56,501 bases of DNA from a virus: IMG/VR virus record IMGVR_UViG_3300045988_086774, positions 1-56,501 of that record. The stretch is one strand, 5' to 3'. Every line of letters starts with the position of its first letter. Position 1 is the stretch's first letter. The notes beneath the pieces were generated by a model, which was given only the letters and a program-made list of their open reading frames with translations, ran no database searches and was not told where the DNA came from. Made by a program: the position numbers and the translations under genes. Below, piece by piece: positions 25,487 to 33,385 of this stretch.

Positions 25487-26092
25487 TCAGGACTTTGCCG
25501 AAGCGAAAGCCTTGCTCATATCAGTGATAATGTCATATCGGTCTTGATATTTGCTGTACACAGTCGTTCCAGTTCCAAGACCAATCTGCGTCTGGTTGAT
25601 GGAAGCAGGAACTATATAAATGCTTTCCTTCTCTTCGTTTTTTGCAATCAGAAAATAAACATCGCAAGTAGGGAATCGTTTTTCAAGATTAAACGAATAG
25701 CAAAAACTCTTATTTGCTCTGCTCGGCCTTGCCGTTTTTACATCAACCTTAACGCTGCCATTAACATAAAGGTCATAGGCGTATCTAGTTGACATTCGCT
25801 CAACCGCAAATCCATGTTCTTCCAGCAGTTTTGTAGCAAGGTCTTCGCCATACTTTCCGAATTGCGTTTCGCTTTCTTTCATTTCGATATTAAGGATTTC
25901 AGCTATTTTGTAATAGCCACCCGGAAAACGGCAAATTGCATTTGTCAACTTGTCGTTTCCGTAATACTCGCTCAATTCACTTCTTGATGGCATTCTGGTT
26001 AAACCAGTGGCAGACATACAGGCTTTCACATACAGCAAGATTTTATCTTGCGTCCAATGCGTTTTTTCTTCCCGATTCATGCGCATCTCCAA
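25487..26092 (-). CDS. PD-(D/E)xK nuclease with an N-terminal HEAR-like repeat (homing-endonuclease-like; alternatively the cognate restriction enzyme)
   Basis: N-terminal MPSRSELSEYYGNDKLTNAICRFPGGYYKIAEIL. Nuclease core GEDLATKLLEEHGF...AYDLYVNGSVKVDVKTA...CDVYFLI. AT-rich. Confidence 0.5.
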   Translation of the reverse strand: MEMRMNREEKTHWTQDKILLYVKACMSATGLTRMPSRSELSEYYGNDKLTNAICRFPGGYYKIAEILNIEMKESETQFGKYGEDLATKLLEEHGFAVERMSTRYAYDLYVNGSVKVDVKTARPSRANKSFCYSFNLEKRFPTCDVYFLIAKNEEKESIYIVPASINQTQIGLGTGTTVYSKYQDRYDIITDMSKAFASAKS

Positions 26093-26509
26093 TCAGAAGG
26101 GCAACGAACCATCATCGTCAATCACAGAGAAGTCATCCGTGTTGCCCTGAGAGTAATTTTGCGGGGCACCCTGCGCCCGATCGGCTGGCTTGCTGTCAGA
26201 CTTGCCACCGCAAAAGTCAACCTTGTTCGCCATGATTTCCGTTGCGGTGCGGTTGTTCCCCTGCTTGTCGATATATTTCCGGGCCTGGATGCTACCAGTG
26301 ACCAGAATTAGGCTACCCTTCTGGAACCACTTGGAAACAAACAGCGCCGTATTGCCAAATGCGGTGCAGTTGAAGAAGTCAGTTTCCTTCTGGCCGCCAC
26401 TTTGGCGGTCGCAGGCAATGCTGAACGTGCAAACATCCTTCCCGGACTTCGTGACCTTAGCTTCAGGCGTGTGAACCAGACGCCCCTGAATTGCGATAGA
26501 GTTGAGCAT
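26093..26509 (-). CDS. ssb: Single-stranded DNA-binding protein
   Basis: OB-fold N-terminus MLNSIAIQGRLVHTPE...FFNCTAFGNTALF and acidic tail DDDGSLPF. Confidence 0.9.
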   Translation of the reverse strand: MLNSIAIQGRLVHTPEAKVTKSGKDVCTFSIACDRQSGGQKETDFFNCTAFGNTALFVSKWFQKGSLILVTGSIQARKYIDKQGNNRTATEIMANKVDFCGGKSDSKPADRAQGAPQNYSQGNTDDFSVIDDDGSLPF

Positions 26510-26512
26510 TGT

Positions 26513-27121
26513 TTAGCCCTCCTTCGGTTGTTTCTGTGCACAGTCCCAACACAGGACGCGCCCAAAGCGTTTCTTCGTGCTTCTTGCAGTTTCCAGCGGA
26601 GTGACTGTGCGGTTGTTGTACTGAATAGGCTGTAACTGCTTTCCGCAGCAAGCGCACGGAGGAATATTTTCTGCCTCCGCTTGCTTTTGGACAGGCTTGC
26701 TTGTCCTGCTTGTGGTCTGCTTCTGGTACTCGTCCGTGTCAGCGTCCTTCGTATCGTCAATGCAGAACAAACCGTTCAGAGCATACTTTCTGGCGTAGCT
26801 GCTTGCAGTGCCGGTAATCTGCGAATCGTCCATGCCCTTCTTAAACTCAGGCTCACGAGCGTATGCAGTCACCGTGTAGGTGGCACCATCCTGCGATTCA
26901 ACTGTTGCAGTGGCTTCGATGTAGTGCCAACTGTCAACGATAACAGGCTTGTCGGAAAGCCGTAGAACAAGGCTATGTGCTTTCAAGATTGGCTTGACCG
27001 CTTCGAGAATGTCCTCGCAGGAACGGTACTTGTAGCCGCCAAATTTGTTCATCTGCCCTTTGGGGGCTTTCAGCTCTGACTGAACAGCCATCAGAGCTTC
27101 ATGGATTTTGCTGTTGTCCAT
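26513..27121 (-). CDS. ERF-family single-strand annealing recombinase
   Basis: ALMAVQSELKAPKGQMNKFGGYKYRSCEDILEAVKPIL...ASSYARKYALNGLF. Confidence 0.8.
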   Translation of the reverse strand: MDNSKIHEALMAVQSELKAPKGQMNKFGGYKYRSCEDILEAVKPILKAHSLVLRLSDKPVIVDSWHYIEATATVESQDGATYTVTAYAREPEFKKGMDDSQITGTASSYARKYALNGLFCIDDTKDADTDEYQKQTTSRTSKPVQKQAEAENIPPCACCGKQLQPIQYNNRTVTPLETARSTKKRFGRVLCWDCAQKQPKEG

Positions 27122-27531
27122 CAGTTGTCCTCCTTACTCGCTTCTTTCCTCACTTTACGGCAAGCCGGGCAACGCTTTGGCAGTGCCATGTTATGCGATT
27201 CAAAGAAAATGCGCTCTGCACGAGAAATCTCGAATGCTTTTCCGCAGTCACGACACGTTTTCTCAATGCTTGTGCTCTCGTCCCACGAAGCCCTTCTTGC
27301 GGCATCTTCTACAGCAAACGCTTCATTAAGGCTGTCACAAAAGCTCCTAACAAGCGTGTGCTGCGGTGCGTGACCGTTCTTGCGAAGCGTTTCCTCCAAG
27401 TTGTTCCTTTTGCAACTTGCGCAAAGAGTTTCTGTGCTGTTCGGGAGCGCCGAAAAAGGCTTATTGCACTTTTCGCAGTGCTTGATTTCTTTCTTGTATT
27501 TGCTCATTTTCTTTCCTTTCTTCGGCTTCAT
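27121..27531 (-). CDS. Zinc-ribbon protein (multiple CxxC)
   Basis: CEKCNK, CASCKR, CRDCGK and CPACRK pairs. Confidence 0.55.
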   Translation of the reverse strand: MKPKKGKKMSKYKKEIKHCEKCNKPFSALPNSTETLCASCKRNNLEETLRKNGHAPQHTLVRSFCDSLNEAFAVEDAARRASWDESTSIEKTCRDCGKAFEISRAERIFFESHNMALPKRCPACRKVRKEASKEDN

Positions 27532-27575
27532 TAGGCTTCATTGTTCTTACTTTGGCTTAATACGGCTGTACAAAA

Positions 27576-27776
27576 TCAACCAGCCATCAGGTCTGCCAAC
27601 TGTGCGCGGAGGTCTTTCAGCTCTGCTTCCCTGTCCTCAATCTCAGACTGCAAGTCCTCAATCGCTGCCAGCCGGTCAGCTTCTTTCGCTTCTGCCATCT
27701 GCTTGTTGGTCATAAAGTACACGCCGTCCTCCGGCTCGGTCACGCCACCGAATCTATCTAGGTTCACGCTAATCAT
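27576..27776 (-). CDS. Small coiled-coil protein
   Basis: 66 aa, acidic helical C-terminus. Confidence 0.45.
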   Translation of the reverse strand: MISVNLDRFGGVTEPEDGVYFMTNKQMAEAKEADRLAAIEDLQSEIEDREAELKDLRAQLADLMAG

Positions 27777-27990
27777 TCTTTCTGGGCCGTCCTCTCTGTT
27801 TTCTGTGCTCTTGGATTTGAAGAGCTGAGTACCACTGGCTTGTGTCGATTTCGATAGTAGACCACCGGTAATCGCATTCTTTATTCAAGCAATGCTTTCT
27901 GCGAATAATGCAATCGTCCTCGTTTCTAGTGTCGACGGTCGTAACACTTTCCTGTCCGCACATCGGGCATTTCACTGAGCATCCCTCCAC
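27769..27990 (-). CDS. NrdR-like zinc-ribbon small protein
   Basis: CPMCGQESVTTVDTRNEDDCIIRRKHCLNKECDYRWSTIE. Confidence 0.5.
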   Translation of the reverse strand: MEGCSVKCPMCGQESVTTVDTRNEDDCIIRRKHCLNKECDYRWSTIEIDTSQWYSALQIQEHRKQRGRPRKND

Positions 27991-28232
27991 TCGTTGGTGT
28001 GGTGGTGCACTCGCTTAATCTTACGGTTTTCACGTTCAATACGCTCATTCTCCGCGCTAACGCCGATAATAGCGAGAATCAAAGCAGTAAAAAACATTGA
28101 GACGGACAGTAGCGTATATCCAAGCATACCCCAGCCATTGGAAGCACCGTTGATGGCGTTTCCACATCCAAGTGCTGCAACGGCGATGGATATGCTTATA
28201 AAGCACAATACAGTGCCTTTAACAGTTTTCAT
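27972..28232 (-). CDS. Small membrane protein (3 TM)
   Basis: Hydrophobic segments VLCFISISIAVAALG and LLSVSMFFTALILAIIGV. Confidence 0.5.
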   Translation of the reverse strand: MKTVKGTVLCFISISIAVAALGCGNAINGASNGWGMLGYTLLSVSMFFTALILAIIGVSAENERIERENRKIKRVHHHTNEWRDAQ

Positions 28233-28464
28233 TTCTCTTCACCTCTTTTAAGACAATATCAAATCCGCTTGGCTTGTTTTCACTAATGGCAATTTTTGCA
28301 TTCAAGGCCTTTGCGATTTTTAGAAGCGTATCGACCCGAACGGAACTTTTCTGCTTCTTTCGCTTGCCCAAGATGCTGTAAATCGTCGGCCTTGATACTC
28401 CCGATCTACGGCTAATGTCGTTGATGTTGAAGTACCTGGCCCTCATTGCATCTTCCAGCGTCAT
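28219..28464 (-). CDS. XRE-type HTH protein
   Basis: NINDISRRSGVSRPTIYSILGKRK. Confidence 0.6.
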   Translation of the reverse strand: MTLEDAMRARYFNINDISRRSGVSRPTIYSILGKRKKQKSSVRVDTLLKIAKALNAKIAISENKPSGFDIVLKEVKRNENC

Positions 28465-28652
28465 GCTTTTTTACCAACACCGAAAATCCAGATGGTTGCC
28501 ATCAGAGCGCCAACACCTATGATGTACCATGTCGCCTTAACTCCGACCAGGAGTTCGATGTGATGCACCAGCCAGAAGTTCAACAGGAACGTTGCCAGAA
28601 TCAATGCCAGGACGATGCCCCAGATCAGGACGATTTCCACGAGTGCTTTCAT
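28461..28652 (-). CDS. Small membrane protein (2 TM)
   Basis: VLIWGIVLALILATFLLNFWLV and IIGVGALMATIWIFGV. Confidence 0.5.
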   Translation of the reverse strand: MKALVEIVLIWGIVLALILATFLLNFWLVHHIELLVGVKATWYIIGVGALMATIWIFGVGKKA

Positions 28653-28743
28653 TTTTCTCCTTTCGCTTGTTGATGTGTTCCAGCCGTTCTTTCTCCTGGC
28701 TGTGCCACCGGATTTCCCGCTGACCGTAATATTTACCGTTCAT
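28537..28743 (-). CDS. Possible small basic protein (only the N-terminal ~30 codons are likely meaningful)
   Basis: Fills the 80-nt gap between neighbours, but runs on over the next gene in another frame. Confidence 0.25.
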   Translation of the reverse strand: MNGKYYGQREIRWHSQEKERLEHINKRKEKNESTRGNRPDLGHRPGIDSGNVPVELLAGASHRTPGRS

Positions 28744-29203
28744 CAGGGGCCTTCACCTTTCCCTGTGCAAGTAAAGTACTGTAATGGCCGTAGCTCATGC
28801 CGTATCGTTTTGCGGCATCGTTCATCTGTCGCACGGTATACTTTGGAGGCTCGTGCTTTTGAGGTCTCGCACGTTCTGGCTTCTGCACATCCCAAGTAAT
28901 TTTGAACTCACCAGATGCTTTTAGCTCATTCAGCTCTTTTTGCTTTTTGGCTTTGTACTTTTTGGTCAAAGCCTTGTTTGCATCTGCTGCACATTCAGGG
29001 TGATACTTCTGAGACCAGACCTTCCGAACCATTGGCTTCTTGCACCAAGCGCATAAAGCCGGTTCCGGCTTAGCCTTAATTCCTTTCTTTATAAGAGCCT
29101 GCCGTTCTCTGCGAACAATGATTTTACATTCTTCACAGTATTTCTTGCACGGATTTACAAGGCCAAGAAAGACACCGCAGCGCTCACAGTACTTTTCTTC
29201 CAC
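28733..29203 (-). CDS. Zinc-ribbon protein with a C-terminal HTH-like tail
   Basis: CERCG...CEEC and CAWC...HPEC pairs; AAKRYGMSYGHYSTLLAQGKV. Confidence 0.55.
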   Translation of the reverse strand: MEEKYCERCGVFLGLVNPCKKYCEECKIIVRRERQALIKKGIKAKPEPALCAWCKKPMVRKVWSQKYHPECAADANKALTKKYKAKKQKELNELKASGEFKITWDVQKPERARPQKHEPPKYTVRQMNDAAKRYGMSYGHYSTLLAQGKVKAPDER

Positions 29204-29375
29204 GCTGCATCTCCTCTTTCAGTCTGGCTTCCCGGTTATGCCTTTCAAAGCACTGGTTCAGCATCTTTTCCATCCAAAGAAACTTGTTGGCATCGTTTCG
29301 GGACATGCCAGCTGCCATCGCCAGTTTTAATTTGCGTCTGCGGCTTTGCGCCTTGCGAAAATTCGTCACCAGCAC
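29184..29375 (-). CDS. Hypothetical small basic protein
   Basis: 63 aa in a tightly packed operon. Confidence 0.4.
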   Translation of the reverse strand: MLVTNFRKAQSRRRKLKLAMAAGMSRNDANKFLWMEKMLNQCFERHNREARLKEEMQRGRKVL

Positions 29376-29740
29376 TCACCAGCCTTGTCCGTGATGAACT
29401 TCGGGACTTCCCGGCCTGTGGCAATGCACAGTGCAACCAGCCTTTCGACCCAGATATCATACAGCCCTTCTTCGGTCATATAGCACTGACCAACGCTTGG
29501 CTCTCTGAAATCGTTCCAGATCGTCAGCCCAACAGCGCCATCGGTGACCGACCAGATCATGCTGCAACCATCGTTGCACAGGCCGTACAAAATATCTCGT
29601 GCTTTGCTTTTGGCTTCGTTAAGTTCAAAAGCGTCCCAGTGCTTTTTGCCCTCCTCATAGGCTTCCACAGCCTTGTTAATGGCGTGGCGAGCATCGTTCG
29701 GGTGCTCTAGGTCTACCTTTAAGGTGATAATCTTCTCCAT
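29366..29740 (-). CDS. Hypothetical protein
   Basis: 124 aa; MEKIITLKVDLEHPNDARHAINKAVEAYEEG... Confidence 0.55.
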   Translation of the reverse strand: MEKIITLKVDLEHPNDARHAINKAVEAYEEGKKHWDAFELNEAKSKARDILYGLCNDGCSMIWSVTDGAVGLTIWNDFREPSVGQCYMTEEGLYDIWVERLVALCIATGREVPKFITDKAGECW

Positions 29741-29742
29741 GT

Positions 29743-30510
29743 TCAGCCCTCCTCTTTCTTGCTTTTCTCTGTCTTTAAGAAGAGATTAACGAAATAGACC
29801 TGACCGATGCCAGTCACCTTTGTGGTGGTGTTCACACTGGTATGTCCGTCCGAGTGGCAGATGACCGTTTCCTTGATGGTGAACAGCTTCATCTCCATGC
29901 TGCGCTGCGTTGGCTTGTTCCAATCAGCACTCTTGCGCTTGATGAGATAACCATTCTCACGCATCCAGGCATACAACCGTTTCTCGCCGATTTCGATGCC
30001 GTTCTGCTTGAGCAGTTTAGCCAGCTCACCGACCAGGATACTGTTTTGACTGGTGCTTACTGCATCGCTGAAAATCTCTTTTGGCTTCATCCGTTCCGTG
30101 TCGGCTGTCAGAAGTTCAATCCTCTTGTCCTTCTCCTCCAGCTCCTCATGCGCTGCGATCAGTGCGGTTGCAAGGAGCTGCGAGCGGGTGAGCTGCGGCT
30201 GTTCGGTCAGCTTCTTTTCCATCTCGTTGAACGCTGCAATGTACTTGAGCTTCCACTCAAGAGCGGCCTTTCCGGTAAAGCCCATCACCAGCAGGCTGAA
30301 ACCGTCCCGGTTCATCAGGTACATGGGGTACTGCTTGCCGCGGTTCTCAAACGTTGTTTCGTAGAACATGGATTTGGCGGCTGAATTTTCAGCCACGAGA
30401 TTTGCGACGGCCTGTATCACATTTTTGTGCTCCTTGCCGAAGTTCTCAGCAATCTGGCGGCTGGATGCCACCGGCTCGCCGCTTTGCATAGATAGCACGA
30501 TTTCTCTCAT
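29743..30510 (-). CDS. Rha-family regulator fused to a KilAC/ANT antirepressor domain (paralog of 9210..9986)
   Basis: SSRQIAENFGKEHKNVIQAV, YLMNRDGFSLLVMGFTGKAALEWKLKYIAAFN, VGELAKLLKQNGIEIGEKRLYAWMRENGYL. Confidence 0.8.
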   Translation of the reverse strand: MREIVLSMQSGEPVASSRQIAENFGKEHKNVIQAVANLVAENSAAKSMFYETTFENRGKQYPMYLMNRDGFSLLVMGFTGKAALEWKLKYIAAFNEMEKKLTEQPQLTRSQLLATALIAAHEELEEKDKRIELLTADTERMKPKEIFSDAVSTSQNSILVGELAKLLKQNGIEIGEKRLYAWMRENGYLIKRKSADWNKPTQRSMEMKLFTIKETVICHSDGHTSVNTTTKVTGIGQVYFVNLFLKTEKSKKEEG

Positions 30511-30704
30511 TTTTTCTTTCTTTCCTTTACAAGCTCATTCAGAGCCTCTTTCACCTTAGCTTCCGCATTTTTAGGCTCACGCTTACCGTTCAGGATTTTC
30601 CCCAAGTATTCCGGCGCGCATCCCATTTTTGCAGCAAGCTCTCTGATTTCGATATTGTGAACATGAAGCGTTCCTACAACATCGCCTGTCCACTTAGGAA
30701 GCAA
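30507..30704 (-). CDS. Cro-like HTH protein, first gene of the leftward early operon
   Basis: TTG start behind AAGGAGA; IEIRELAAKMGCAPEYLGKILNGKR. Confidence 0.6.
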   Translation of the reverse strand: MLPKWTGDVVGTLHVHNIEIRELAAKMGCAPEYLGKILNGKREPKNAEAKVKEALNELVKERKKK

Positions 30705-30721
30705 ATTTTTTCTCCTTTCTT

Positions 30722-30899
30722 GTTCTAATACTTGAACTTTTTGAAAGAATGTGATAATATTATGGTGTCAAGCAAAAACATTATCGAACGTTCTTCTATT
30801 TGTTCAAAGCCTTTAATTTGTTCTACCGATTGAACTCGGTATCTTTATTAAATCACAAGTAGTAGAACTTTTCAAGTGTTTTTGTTCAAGTGGTAGAAC
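30722..30899. promoter_or_regulatory. Immunity-region operators: three copies of GTTCTA-N4-TTGAAC between divergent cro-like and cI-like genes
   Basis: GTTCTAATACTTGAAC at 30722..30737, GTTCTACCGATTGAAC at 30820..30835 and GTTCAAGTGGTAGAAC at 30884..30899 (inverted). A related TAGAACTTTTCAAG lies at 30863..30876. Confidence 0.65.
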
Positions 30900-30934
30900 T
30901 TTGTCATCTTGTACAAACGCTGGAGGTATGTTTT

Positions 30935-31270
30935 GTGTTTTTTGACAATTTCGTAAGGCTATGTGAGCAAAAGGGAGTAAAGCCATCTCGTGCTTTGACT
31001 GAAGCTGGCGTTCCGAAATCTGCTTATAGCTATTGGAGAACCGAAGCAAATGCAGGGAACGATGCAAAGCCGACCAATCAAAATGCCGTTAAGCTGGCAC
31101 AGTATTTCAATGTTACGGTTGACTACCTTCTCACTGGCAACCAAAAAGAAAACCCGCCCCAGCAGCCGCAAAGTGAAGTTGATGCAGCATTGGAGCGGAT
31201 TAGAAGAAAGCTTGAGTCTATGCCGACAGCGCAGCGTGAAGCGCTGATGAACCTGATCGAGAAGATGTGA
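30935..31270 (+). CDS. CI-like XRE-family repressor
   Basis: GTG 30935 lies 8 nt after GGAGG. FDNFVRLCEQKGVKPSRALTEAGVPKSAYSYW...KLAQYFNVTVDYLL. Confidence 0.7.
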   Translation: MFFDNFVRLCEQKGVKPSRALTEAGVPKSAYSYWRTEANAGNDAKPTNQNAVKLAQYFNVTVDYLLTGNQKENPPQQPQSEVDAALERIRRKLESMPTAQREALMNLIEKM

Positions 31271-31279
31271 GGTAAGCCC

Positions 31280-31414
31280 ATGTATTACTTGTTGTGCGGC
31301 TGCGCCTTTTGCTTTTGGTTCATGCAGGCCTTGTTAAAAGGCAATAACCGTGTACTATATGGCAACAGCAGAAAATATCGTTACCGTAGAAACCGAAAAA
31401 AAAAGTGGTTCTGA
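31280..31414 (+). CDS. 44-aa hydrophobic and basic peptide (type I toxin-like or holin-like)
   Basis: ATG 31280 behind GAGGT; MYYLLCGCAFCFWFMQALLKGNNRVLYGNSRKYRYRRNRKKKWF. Contains an A9 run at 31396..31404. Confidence 0.4.
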   Translation: MYYLLCGCAFCFWFMQALLKGNNRVLYGNSRKYRYRRNRKKKWF

Positions 31415-31420
31415 CCCGGT

Positions 31421-31473
31421 AAAATAAAAAGAATCCCTTGTGCCGGGCTGGTATAGCTCTGCGCAAGGGATTC
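31421..31473. terminator. Bidirectional intrinsic terminator
   Basis: GAATCCCTTG...CAAGGGATTC 10-bp stem, with an A-rich tract on one side and a T-containing tract on the other. Confidence 0.6.
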
Positions 31474-31477
31474 TCTG

Positions 31478-31579
31478 TTACTCTAGGTCTAGTGCTTGTT
31501 CCGCTGCCGGAATCTTTTCAGGATGTTCCAGCAGCCATGCAATAAATCGGTCAATCTTCGCTTTTTCTTGTTCGCTCAT
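31478..31579 (-). CDS. Hypothetical small protein (33 aa)
   Basis: ATG 31579 behind GGGAGGA, with its own promoter TTGACT-16-TATAAT (31654..31627); MSEQEKAKIDRFIAWLLEHPEKIPAAEQALDLE. Confidence 0.45.
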   Translation of the reverse strand: MSEQEKAKIDRFIAWLLEHPEKIPAAEQALDLE

Positions 31580-31770
31580 TGCAGCATATCCTCCCGATCA
31601 GTAAATACGAATGTTCATTTGATATGATTATACATCTTTTGGTTGTGTAGTCAATATAATTTGAACAACTTCGCAAAAATCGAATGTTTTCTTCACATCC
31701 GTTACTTTTCATCGGGGAAGCCACGAGCGTTCAAGTCAAAAGGGACAGCGCCTATCCATCTTTCCTCCAA

Positions 31771-31977
31771 TCACAGCTCTACGAGCTGTCCGTCAATGCG
31801 TTCGATGTTGTCTGCCGGGTCGCGTCCATCGTCTAATGCGGCTACGGCACGTTCTAAGATGCCTTTCGCTTCGAGGTAAGCATCTTTATCAGCTTCGTAC
31901 CCAGAAAGGCTCAGGACAAGCTCCAAAGTCCGTCTGCGAGCGTATGGGATAATCAGAGCATCTACGGTTCGATTCAT
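31771..31977 (-). CDS. Hypothetical small protein
   Basis: MNRTVDALIIPYARRRTLELVLSLSGYEADKDAYLEAKGILERAV... Confidence 0.45.
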   Translation of the reverse strand: MNRTVDALIIPYARRRTLELVLSLSGYEADKDAYLEAKGILERAVAALDDGRDPADNIERIDGQLVEL

Positions 31978-32192
31978 TAGCTTTCCTCCCACGGTTTTGG
32001 CGTTCTGCTTTCGGTCGGTTCAGATGCGGGCATCCCGTCAATGATAATCATGTTGTTACCTCCTGTTTGATTATTTTTTCGATGTTACAGTTATAACATA
32101 GGCTGCTGTTGGTTCTCCATAGCAGCTTTTTCCATTTTTTGGCTTGTCGAATCCAGCAGTTTTGCAGAATTTTGTTGAAAGGGCGTGAATTT

Positions 32193-32786
32193 ATGGATGA
32201 GTATTTGGTAAGAACGGCCAAAGCATTAGAGATGGCACGGATGCGTTCTGGCTTGAGTCAGCAGAAATTAGCCGCACGAATGGGCGTGAATCGTGGTACG
32301 ATTGCCAACTGGGAGCAAGGTCTGGCGGCTATTTCCCTACCAATGGCTATGCGCTGGTTCACCTGCTGCGGCGTATCGGCGGCTCGATACATGGACGCTT
32401 GCATTTATCCTGGACTGCTGGAGCATCTGGAAGACGACCTTTCCAACATGGAAAAGCGTCAGATTCTCATAGATGCCATGATTGAATGTTCTTCCTACGA
32501 GATAGATGCTTTGTTGTACATCCGGTACGGAGATCACGGTTCAGACCATATGGGTGTGCTGACGGAGGTTCTGGCAAACCTCCACACACCGTTGAAGGAC
32601 AGGGTCTCTGTTTGCCGGATGGTATCGGGCAACTATGAGATAGCGCAGGCTACCGGAACAGACCCAGACCCGAATGGAACCGCCCCGAAGATGGAAATAC
32701 TCTATCAGGCGCAGGACGCTGGAACAGAAGCTGCCATGAGGTCCAATGATTCTTATACCGTGAATCCAAATAATATAACTGGCTGA
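32193..32786 (+). CDS. XRE-family HTH regulator with a C-terminal sensor-like domain
   Basis: ATG 32193; LSQQKLAARMGVNRGTIANWEQG; 197 aa. Confidence 0.7.
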   Translation: MDEYLVRTAKALEMARMRSGLSQQKLAARMGVNRGTIANWEQGLAAISLPMAMRWFTCCGVSAARYMDACIYPGLLEHLEDDLSNMEKRQILIDAMIECSSYEIDALLYIRYGDHGSDHMGVLTEVLANLHTPLKDRVSVCRMVSGNYEIAQATGTDPDPNGTAPKMEILYQAQDAGTEAAMRSNDSYTVNPNNITG

Positions 32787-32854
32787 TTGTCGAATTATCG
32801 AAGTTTTTAAGGAACATTCTGTCCACTTTTTGTACACCTATCGGGCAAATCTAC

Positions 32855-32967
32855 CTTGTCATTCCGTCCCCCATAGGCTGTAAATCGACAACATTTGCGC
32901 GGAATAAATAACGAATTAACGATAATTTATTGTTTGCAATTGAGCAGCCCGTCAATCCGTCCCCCAT
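32855..32967 (-). repeat. Two inverted-orientation iteron copies upstream of oriV
   Basis: The reverse complements of 32855..32874 and 32951..32967 read ATGGGGGACGGAATGACAAG and ATGGGGGACGGATTGAC. Confidence 0.6.
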
Positions 32968-33061
32968 AACACCGGCTCAAAAGTTTTTCATCCACATTTT
33001 GTACACGTTAGATAAGACTAATCATTGCCGGAAAGACTTTATTCAGCAAATGGAAAGTTGA

Positions 33062-33070
33062 GTTATCCAC
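33062..33070 (+). promoter_or_regulatory. DnaA box (perfect TTATCCACA), with a second one-mismatch box at 32988..32996
   Basis: TTATCCACA at 33062..33070 and TCATCCACA at 32988..32996. An AT-rich tract at 33100..33176 lies between the boxes and the iterons. Confidence 0.6.
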
Positions 33071-33176
33071 AAGCTGGAATGGAAAAACAAAGAAATTGTT
33101 GAAAATTATCGTCATCGCCTATTTAACGATGATATTTAACCTCTTGTTTATTTCTTGTTTAATATATAATATGTAG

Positions 33177-33341
33177 ATGGGGGACGAAATGACAAAGCAT
33201 GGGGGACGTTTTGACAAGTCATGGGGGACGTTTTGACAAGTCATGGGGGACGTTTTGACAAGTCATGGGGGACGTTTTGACGACCCTATGGGGGACAAAA
33301 AGACAAGCCACGGGGGACAGAATGTATTGACTTGTCCCCCC
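33177..33341 (+). repeat. Iteron array of the plasmid-type origin (22-bp period)
   Basis: ATGGGGGACGTTTTGACAAGTC occurs perfectly at 33199, 33221 and 33243. Degenerate copies lie at 33177, 33265, 33288 and 33310, plus an inverted half GACTTGTCCCCCC at 33329..33341. The array is directly upstream of rep. Confidence 0.9.
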
Positions 33342-33385
33342 AATCTGTGATATACTGCTTTTAGGCTAGAAAAGGAGGCGAACAG

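Noticed and set aside
26308-26760. 150-aa same-strand alternative ORF spanning the ERF/SSB junction
   Set aside because: R/S/T/A-rich junk sequence that crosses a gene boundary. Its length is within what chance allows for this genome.
33177-33341. Possible CRISPR array, considered for the 22-bp repeats here and for the ATAGTCG and 10-bp arrays
   Set aside because: The repeats are contiguous or irregularly spaced with no unique spacers of constant length, there are no cas genes, and the context (DnaA box, AT tract, rep gene) is a classic iteron origin.
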